From IMG/VR virus record IMGVR_UViG_3300010347_002030: a stretch of DNA of 64,000 bases, one strand, 5' to 3'. The notes under the pieces are model-generated. The model saw only the letters and a program-made list of their open reading frames with translations. It did no database searches and was not told the origin of the DNA. Made by a program: the position numbers and the translations under genes. This DNA is from a virus. Its lineage: Duplodnaviria > Caudoviricetes. Positions 57,485 to 64,000 of this stretch are shown in pieces. Every line of letters starts with the position of its first letter. Position 1 is the stretch's first letter.

Positions 57485-57930
57485 GTAAAACCTACATCTC
57501 TAATCTAAATTCGCTGTCAGCACTTTTTGACCGTCTTATTGTTGAAAACGTGAAGATGCATCATTTCCAAAGAAAGGGTGAGTTCGATAAGACGGAAGCT
57601 CAAAAAGCGTTAATAACCGCTCTTCAAGAAGAACTTGTGAAGTTTTTTATGGAGACGCTAGAATCAGGAAATTACAATTACCTCTCCGAAAACCGAACTT
57701 TCAAACTTAAAAAAACCAAAGAACTTGTTGAGGGAGTGTCTGAACTTTGTGAATGTCATTCGAATATAACCCATTGTGACCAGACTAAACTTCAAGAAGT
57801 CAAAAAAGAATCTCCCAATGCCGAAAAAGTGTTCAAACTCGAATATCAGAATCGAGTGAACTTGGAGAGACGGGCGACAATCAAAAATCAGATTGATAAG
57901 AGTTATGAAGATCTTTTACACCCAACTTAA
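57481..57930 (+). CDS. Helical protein, DUF4254-like
   Basis: LFDRLIVENVK, N.ER..IKN.ID. Confidence 0.45.
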   Translation: MSKTYISNLNSLSALFDRLIVENVKMHHFQRKGEFDKTEAQKALITALQEELVKFFMETLESGNYNYLSENRTFKLKKTKELVEGVSELCECHSNITHCDQTKLQEVKKESPNAEKVFKLEYQNRVNLERRATIKNQIDKSYEDLLHPT

Positions 57931-58960
57931 TCGAAAAAACAAGAATTGCACCGAAGGATTTTTCGCTAACACGATATATTTGGAGTTTCAGAAGTTCCAT
58001 CAGTTCGTTTCTTCTCCGGAAGAGGCGGATTGTATTGTTTTCTTTTACTGTTTTTATTTCGACTATGAGTTTGATCAACAGATGTATGAACGAATCAAGT
58101 CTAGTGGTAAACCCATTGTCATTTTCGATTACTTGGAACAGGGTTCTCCTTCACTGCAAAAGCCGGAATACCTGACGACGATGCAGATTTTGGGCTATCA
58201 GTATGATGAGTCTCCCGGTAATCCTACAACCGTGGAATACATGAAACTGGTAACGGGCATGTACGAACTCCAGTCGCAGATAAAACTATATTTTAAGAGA
58301 GAAATGCCTGTCTGTTTGGATTACTCAAAATCTCCCTTCAAAATCCTCCCAGTTGAATACCCAATAACGTTTGCCCCATATGAACCAGTATCCGAGGAAG
58401 ATTATTACAATCGTCCCTTTGACCTTTATTTCAACTATGGATTTTCGAATCCAGACCGTCCAAAACTTCATGGAAGACTTTTACTGGGAATAGACCAAAT
58501 AGGACATAATTTTGCTCAAACAGAGAAAACCGAAGAAGAGTTCCTCAAGCAAGGAAGGAAACGGATTGTTGTTGTTTGTCATAGGGAGTGGTATGAGAGA
58601 GTTCCATTCAAATCACGAAATTCCATGACCTATACCACTATGGATTTGTATGGTGCGGGTATGAAGTGTTTTAGATCCACCGAAGGGACAATCGACACTT
58701 TGGCTTTCAAAGCCGATCCATCTCTTCTGCATTATTCTTATCCATGGGTTAACGGAAAAAACTGTATTGCTCTTCCCGTTGATGAACGAAATAGACTCAA
58801 AATTGATGAGGCATATGAGATTATTCGTTACAACCTTCGAAACAATCAGGGTTCTCTATACTCCCTTTACTTGAAAAGTGTAGAAAACAATCATAAGTAT
58901 CGCACAGAGAATTATGTTAAAGATTACCTTTTGAAGAACATGGCTATGTATGTTGTTTAA
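57905..58960 (+). CDS. Putative glycosyltransferase (exostosin/GT-B-like)
   Basis: PEEAD, YFKRE, RP.D, GAG.KCFR..E. Confidence 0.55.
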   Translation: MKIFYTQLNRKNKNCTEGFFANTIYLEFQKFHQFVSSPEEADCIVFFYCFYFDYEFDQQMYERIKSSGKPIVIFDYLEQGSPSLQKPEYLTTMQILGYQYDESPGNPTTVEYMKLVTGMYELQSQIKLYFKREMPVCLDYSKSPFKILPVEYPITFAPYEPVSEEDYYNRPFDLYFNYGFSNPDRPKLHGRLLLGIDQIGHNFAQTEKTEEEFLKQGRKRIVVVCHREWYERVPFKSRNSMTYTTMDLYGAGMKCFRSTEGTIDTLAFKADPSLLHYSYPWVNGKNCIALPVDERNRLKIDEAYEIIRYNLRNNQGSLYSLYLKSVENNHKYRTENYVKDYLLKNMAMYVV

Positions 58961-59687
58961 TCATCCCAACAAAGTTCTTCATTGTGCTCATCACAAAGCG
59001 GGTTCATTTTGGATTGCGTGTGTTTTACAGGAAATTTGTATGAAACGTGGGCTAAATATGGTAATTTTTGAGGACGATGATAGTCGTCTATCGAGTTATC
59101 AACATGCCGATGTTCTATACGATAACAACTCATTAACAATTTTCGATAGAGAGAACTATGTTGGATCTCATATGATACGTGATCCACGGGATATCATTGT
59201 TTCTGGTTACTTTTATCATTTGTGGACACAGGAAGCATGGGTTCATGTAGTTCGTCCTGAATGGGGGATGACATATCAGGAAAAAATAAACTCCATGTCA
59301 AAAGATGAAGGGATGATGTTTGAAATGAAGAACATGGGTGCGGTAACTATTGAACGAATGCGAGTATGGAACTATAACAATCCCAAGATGTTAGAGATTA
59401 GATATGAAGATTTGATTCTGAATCCAGATGAAATTTTTGCTCGTCTTTTCCATCATTGGGGAGTTGTTCCGGAGTGGATGGATCAGTGTATGGAAGTATC
59501 TCGTCGGCATCATATGACGGCGAAGACGGGGAGGAAGCTTGGAGAGGTTGATCCGAAGTCACATATGCGTTCTGGAGAACCGGGACAATGGAGACTTCAC
59601 TTCACCGAGGAACACAAGGAATATTTCAAGGAAAAGTTCGGAGAAACCCTGATTGCCTTGGGATACGAAAAAAACAACGATTGGTAA
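58950..59687 (+). CDS. PAPS-dependent sulfotransferase
   Basis: HHKAGSFW (5'-PSB), RDPRDIIVS (3'-PB), RYEDL, RSGEPGQW. Confidence 0.88.
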   Translation: MLFNHPNKVLHCAHHKAGSFWIACVLQEICMKRGLNMVIFEDDDSRLSSYQHADVLYDNNSLTIFDRENYVGSHMIRDPRDIIVSGYFYHLWTQEAWVHVVRPEWGMTYQEKINSMSKDEGMMFEMKNMGAVTIERMRVWNYNNPKMLEIRYEDLILNPDEIFARLFHHWGVVPEWMDQCMEVSRRHHMTAKTGRKLGEVDPKSHMRSGEPGQWRLHFTEEHKEYFKEKFGETLIALGYEKNNDW

Positions 59688-59696
59688 GCGAGGAGA

Positions 59697-59704
59697 TATT
59701 TATA
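59697..59704 (+). promoter_or_regulatory. TATTTATA motif (putative late promoter)
   Basis: TATTTATA-tcc-ATG. Confidence 0.6.
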
Positions 59705-59707
59705 TCC

Positions 59708-60277
59708 ATGAAAGATAAGACACCAAAAAAAGAGAATGCCTTTGACATGGGCATTGCCGGGACTACAGGAGCAATGGACTATTCCACTGGATTCGGTACT
59801 CCTGCTTCCCCAGATGTGTCTCAAAATCCAGATGAATTCGTAAAATCAAAGTCACTTGGAAATCATAGCAATACTGCTACCGCAGCACAAGCACACCCAA
59901 CGGATATCAATGCGGCAATAGACCAGATTTATAGTAAAGAAGTTACGCCATCTCCGGATGAAGTTAAAGCGGGGCTGGATTATGAACTTCATAACATGAT
60001 CAAAAAGGATAAAGGCAAGGCAAAAGAACTTGTTATTGCCAATCTTCGTAAAGACCCACATTACTATGGCAAGCTAAACATGCTGAACATAGACGATAAA
60101 GAAATGATGAAAGAATCCACCGAAAAACCATCCGTTGCAGAGTCTCAAAAAATCGAAACTATCAAACTTCTTAACCAAATGTTGGAAGCAAAGAGTAAAA
60201 AGGCAGAAACGCCTCAATCTATCAAAGATGCCTTAGCAGAAACCAAGGCAAAGAAAGCACAACGTTACAATCGTTAA
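59708..60277 (+). CDS. DUF5661-like protein, possibly virion-associated
   Basis: GLDYEL..AKELVIANLRKDPHYY. Confidence 0.55.
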   Translation: MKDKTPKKENAFDMGIAGTTGAMDYSTGFGTPASPDVSQNPDEFVKSKSLGNHSNTATAAQAHPTDINAAIDQIYSKEVTPSPDEVKAGLDYELHNMIKKDKGKAKELVIANLRKDPHYYGKLNMLNIDDKEMMKESTEKPSVAESQKIETIKLLNQMLEAKSKKAETPQSIKDALAETKAKKAQRYNR

Positions 60278-60294
60278 GGAATTTTCAATCAGTT

Positions 60295-61389
60295 ATGAAT
60301 AAGTTACCACGAACATTTTGTGTCACTCTCAAGGAAACTCCACTCAGAAAGAAGGCTTTTCAAGAGTCAGCCAAAAAGGCGGGAATAGAAGCCACTATGT
60401 TTGATGGTATTCTTGGAACTCGAATGGGACTTATAGCTAAGTTTCCAAATACAATCGAATGTCCCGGTGGAAATGTTATGCTCAATGAGCGTGCTTTAGG
60501 ATGCAACATGTCTCATTTTATTCTCTGGCATGTTTTGAAATATCTACCAGACGAAGAATTTTTGATTTTCGAAGATGACGCTCTTATAGAACCCGATTTC
60601 AAAGAGAAGTTTTTTCCCATATATGAGAAACTTCCAATAGATTGGCAGATGGCATACGTTGGTTGGATTCGTTATGGTAATGATGTGCCACCACTCATGG
60701 TTTCCGAAGGATTGAGTATTCGTATCCCCACGGCAACTCATGCTTACCTCGTTAAAAAATCAGTGTTAGAAGAGCTTTGTAACTGTATGATGCCATTTCA
60801 ATCTAACATTGATTTAACTATTGTCCATCGGCTTCTTCCAAAAATTCGATACTATGTTTTTGATCCATCCCTTGTTGAACAACGAAGCTATTTGAACATT
60901 TCGGATTCAGTATGGACTTCACTTGTCTATGATTGGGACACTGATATTTATGGTTGTAAGAAAAATCTCTTGAAAGATTTGAAACTTCTTGAAGGTTGGT
61001 ATCCGATAGAACGAAATAATGAAGAAGTATGGCGTTGGAGTCAAGATACATTTCAAATAAGTATTCCAGAAAGTATTGACTCTATTACTTTGCTATGCAG
61101 CACTCCCATTGAAAATCAACTCACCGTAGAAGTTGGAAATGAGAAAAGCGAGTTTCATCTTCAAGTTGGAAACAATGAAATTATCATTCCGACAAACCAT
61201 TCATCTATAATATCTGGCAGAACGGCAATAAGATTCATTCCTTCTGAAAGGGATGAGAAAAATCATGATAATAGGGTGTTAGGTATCTGTTTGAAGAGTG
61301 TCATTACCAAAACCGGAACTGTATCTATCCCAGTACAAATTATTGATTTAAGTGGAGTTGGTCCACCGCCAATATCTTTTAAGTTGTAA
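60295..61389 (+). CDS. Glycosyltransferase family 25 with C-terminal beta-rich domain
   Basis: LGCNMSH..LW, FEDDA, THAY; GWY..E..WRWS..DNR.LG. Confidence 0.85.
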   Translation: MNKLPRTFCVTLKETPLRKKAFQESAKKAGIEATMFDGILGTRMGLIAKFPNTIECPGGNVMLNERALGCNMSHFILWHVLKYLPDEEFLIFEDDALIEPDFKEKFFPIYEKLPIDWQMAYVGWIRYGNDVPPLMVSEGLSIRIPTATHAYLVKKSVLEELCNCMMPFQSNIDLTIVHRLLPKIRYYVFDPSLVEQRSYLNISDSVWTSLVYDWDTDIYGCKKNLLKDLKLLEGWYPIERNNEEVWRWSQDTFQISIPESIDSITLLCSTPIENQLTVEVGNEKSEFHLQVGNNEIIIPTNHSSIISGRTAIRFIPSERDEKNHDNRVLGICLKSVITKTGTVSIPVQIIDLSGVGPPPISFKL

Positions 61390-62059
61390 AAATATGGGCA
61401 CACCGAGGAATGATTTTTATGACTTCTTCCTGTAATCCTAAATGTTGGATGGTTTTAACAAACTCTGTTCGTGCTTCTTCGTGTTTGTATCCGGTGAAGT
61501 ATGGATGTTTGACAGTGAAAGAATAATCCCTGACATACCTCAATCCCTGTCTGCGACAGAGAACATGTGCTACGTGGTCAATAAACCACCCGTATTTGTT
61601 GATGGAAGGCGAAACTCGTGGAAACTCTCGAATAATGGATGCTCTAAGAAACCAGCACGTATCGTCGGTATCCTGTACTTCATAGACATTTGGGGATATT
61701 TGTTCGCCCAGTTCTTCGGGAGAGTAAACCCATGCGGTGTAGTCAATATTGGGAGCATAGACTCCACAATTCCGGTTCTGAATGAAATCCGAAGCACGAT
61801 TGAATAACTTGTCAAAATCGGAAAATTCGGCATCTGCTTGAATGTGAAACAATACATCGGCATCCGGAGAGAAATTGTCACATGCAGTATTCCATTGTTC
61901 TGTGAAGTAACCATCGTCCAAATGAATCCAATGAGGATGGCTTGTTGGTGTTCCATTGATTACGGTGACTTTGAACGATAGGGGGGAAAGAATTTTCTCG
62001 TATTGTTCCGCTTTTCGCCAATAATCGTTCCAAGTAAAGATGAAGGAGTGGATTTTCAT
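61379..62059 (-). CDS. Putative GT-A glycosyltransferase
   Basis: FHIQAD, GVYAP, YGWFID, RD...H. Confidence 0.6.
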   Translation of the reverse strand: MKIHSFIFTWNDYWRKAEQYEKILSPLSFKVTVINGTPTSHPHWIHLDDGYFTEQWNTACDNFSPDADVLFHIQADAEFSDFDKLFNRASDFIQNRNCGVYAPNIDYTAWVYSPEELGEQISPNVYEVQDTDDTCWFLRASIIREFPRVSPSINKYGWFIDHVAHVLCRRQGLRYVRDYSFTVKHPYFTGYKHEEARTEFVKTIQHLGLQEEVIKIIPRCAHIFTT

Positions 62060-62685
62060 GATAAAAATTGGTCTTTCGCCGCTTGAAGTGCTTTTTCTTT
62101 AAGCGCACAGTTACCGATCCAAGTGGCGTGAAAAATTTTCATTTTAGGAGGAAACGGAATGGGTGTAGTGCCATCCCATACTTCTTGCCCACATAGAAAT
62201 GATATATTCCATATCGAACTACTGAATAGACGATAGTTGATACCGGAAGAATGTATGATGTCATTGAGTGCATATTGGTCATTTCCTTTCGGAGCACACT
62301 CAAGTGTCCGTTCAAGCAATCGCTTTACTTTGGGAATAGTTCGGTAAACAAAAAATCCTGTATTGCAATATCCATCATCATATTGAAATGCCATTTCGTA
62401 TCCGCCTAGCTGTTTAAGTAAAAATTCCTTTGTTGGTTTAACAAAAAGAACATCGGCATCGCAATATAAAATTGTTTCCTCCGACGACCAATCTGTGGTC
62501 CTCAAAATGGCATCAATTTTTTTATAAACAGCGAGTCCGTAATTTGGGTTTCCCCAGTCTCCAGAACCAATCTGTTCTCCTTCCATGGGTATTACCTGAA
62601 ATTCCCGAAAAATGGCTACGCTAGGTAACAAAAAGTTGTGAAATAACTTGTAATGGGAAGGAGTGTAAAACGATAACAGTTTCAT
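62056..62685 (-). CDS. Nucleotide-diphospho-sugar transferase (GT77-like)
   Basis: K, DAD, NTGF, NDQ.ALN, HATW..K. Confidence 0.8.
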   Translation of the reverse strand: MKLLSFYTPSHYKLFHNFLLPSVAIFREFQVIPMEGEQIGSGDWGNPNYGLAVYKKIDAILRTTDWSSEETILYCDADVLFVKPTKEFLLKQLGGYEMAFQYDDGYCNTGFFVYRTIPKVKRLLERTLECAPKGNDQYALNDIIHSSGINYRLFSSSIWNISFLCGQEVWDGTTPIPFPPKMKIFHATWIGNCALKEKALQAAKDQFLS

Positions 62686-62716
62686 ATTTACGTATATATA
62701 TGCATATTCGAGAAAA

Positions 62717-63550
62717 ATGATTACATTTCTTGATTTAGGATTTCATGGAAGGATGACCAACCAGATCTTTCAATATGCTGCGTTGAGGTCAGTTGCGTTG
62801 TACAATGGATATGAGATGAAAATTCCCGACGTAACAGGAAGAGTATGTTGGGGTCAATCAAATAAGCTTCATAATTTTAATATATCGTGTTCTATTCTTA
62901 CGGATGAAGATGTAAAATCCATTCGCCACTACTACGAAGAACCATATGCCAATGAGTTTGTGTACCACGAATCGGTTTTTGAAATACAAGATTTTACCAG
63001 CATCAAAGGCTTCTTTCAACATCCTAAGTATTTTGAGCGTTACGCTTCTGAACTTAGAAAAGAGTGTTCTTTGAAAGCGCATATAATGGAAAAGAGTTCT
63101 GCCAAAATTTCTGAAATAAAATCTCGTTTTCCGAATCGGGAACTTGTTTGTCTTCATGTTCGTCGAGGAGATGCAATACCTTTATGGGATAAAATATTTC
63201 CCTCTGTTGCTTCACTTATGGAATTCATCGCTGCTGCTAAGTCATACTTTCCAAATGCGGTTTTCTTGGTGTTTTCTGGGGGAAACAAAGGGGAATTTAC
63301 CCATCCGGAAGCATACGAATTCTGCCGAAAAACATTTCAAGGAGACGAATATGTTTTCATAGAGCATAATGAGGAAGTTGTTGATATGGGTATGATGGTT
63401 CTTTGTGACCATTACATTGTTCCATTTTTTACGTCGTTTAGTCTTTGGCCAATGTTTCTCAATACCTCTCCTACGAAGAAAAGTATCTTCAAAGATGGGA
63501 ATTATAATAACACTGTCTTTCCCCGATATGACGGATGGATCTATTTATGA
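62717..63550 (+). CDS. GT11 alpha-1,2-fucosyltransferase-like
   Basis: GR.TNQIFQYA, GFFQ..YF, LHVRRGD, FS, TSFSLW. Confidence 0.88.
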   Translation: MITFLDLGFHGRMTNQIFQYAALRSVALYNGYEMKIPDVTGRVCWGQSNKLHNFNISCSILTDEDVKSIRHYYEEPYANEFVYHESVFEIQDFTSIKGFFQHPKYFERYASELRKECSLKAHIMEKSSAKISEIKSRFPNRELVCLHVRRGDAIPLWDKIFPSVASLMEFIAAAKSYFPNAVFLVFSGGNKGEFTHPEAYEFCRKTFQGDEYVFIEHNEEVVDMGMMVLCDHYIVPFFTSFSLWPMFLNTSPTKKSIFKDGNYNNTVFPRYDGWIYL

Positions 63551-64000
63551 ATATGGTTATAACCCCAAAAGAGTTCCAGAAAAGGATGTGGTTCCAATAT
63601 CCTCCTAATAATATTGAACTATTTGAAGAGTATTTCTTAGATCGCTTCATTTCTGTTGATGAATGGACGTATCTTCCCATTCTCTGGACTCCTATGATTT
63701 GTCATCGGGATATAAAAGGAAATTATGATGATGTTCAAGCATTCTTAAATGAACTGGATAGGTCGAAGAGATACTTTACTATTTGTCAACATGACGATAA
63801 TATCCTAAACGATTTATCCCACTTGAACATTACTATTTTGGCGGCGGGAGGGTATGGTCGGTATCGAAAAAGAGTTTATCCATTGCCCTTGATTTGTTCC
63901 TCCAAGTCAGACCCATCACAAGTTTACCCAAAAACAATTTTTGCAAGTTTTGTTGGTGCGATAGATGCAGAGGGGGTTCGTCATCCTATTCGAGTCAAAA
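63547..64000 (+). CDS. Exostosin-like glycosyltransferase, partial (runs off the window)
   Basis: Open frame MNMVITP..YLPILWT..YFTICQHDD..PLPLIC..ASFVG..HPIR. Confidence 0.65.
   Translation, partial: MNMVITPKEFQKRMWFQYPPNNIELFEEYFLDRFISVDEWTYLPILWTPMICHRDIKGNYDDVQAFLNELDRSKRYFTICQHDDNILNDLSHLNITILAAGGYGRYRKRVYPLPLICSSKSDPSQVYPKTIFASFVGAIDAEGVRHPIRVK

Noticed and set aside
1-64000. Stop-codon recoding (TAG is rare as a stop)
   Set aside because: Long genes are intact in the standard code, and the break near 52162 is better explained by a frameshift than by TAG readthrough
1-64000. tRNA, rRNA, CRISPR array or DGR repeats
   Set aside because: None recognised by eye and intergenic spaces are short; a tRNAscan/Infernal run would be needed for certainty

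Overview
The window looks like part of a large (jumbo-type), T4-related tailed phage genome. It is AT-rich, gene-dense and reads in the standard code. I saw no rRNA, tRNA or CRISPR array. Replication and nucleotide genes include a 5'-3' exonuclease, a DnaB/gp41-like helicase, an intein-containing class II (B12) ribonucleotide reductase, clamp and clamp-loader subunits, a dNMP kinase and a dUTPase. The family B DNA polymerase carries an intein and is also split into two ORFs around a free-standing endonuclease gene. An apparently intact IS200/IS605 element (tnpA+tnpB) sits in a recurrent upstream motif, TATTTAT, that is probably the phage late promoter. More than half of the window (about 16.7-40.4 kb and 53.1-64 kb) is a glycan-biosynthesis system. 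It has about 18-20 apparently soluble glycosyltransferases of many families and NDP-sugar enzymes, including two different 3-dehydratases and a TPP-dependent E1 alpha/beta pair (branched-sugar type). It also has a B12 radical SAM enzyme, a heptose-phosphate kinase, two methyltransferases and a sulfotransferase, but no flippase or polymerase. Several deletion and frameshift scars are visible. All functional calls come from motif recognition by eye; no database searches were run.
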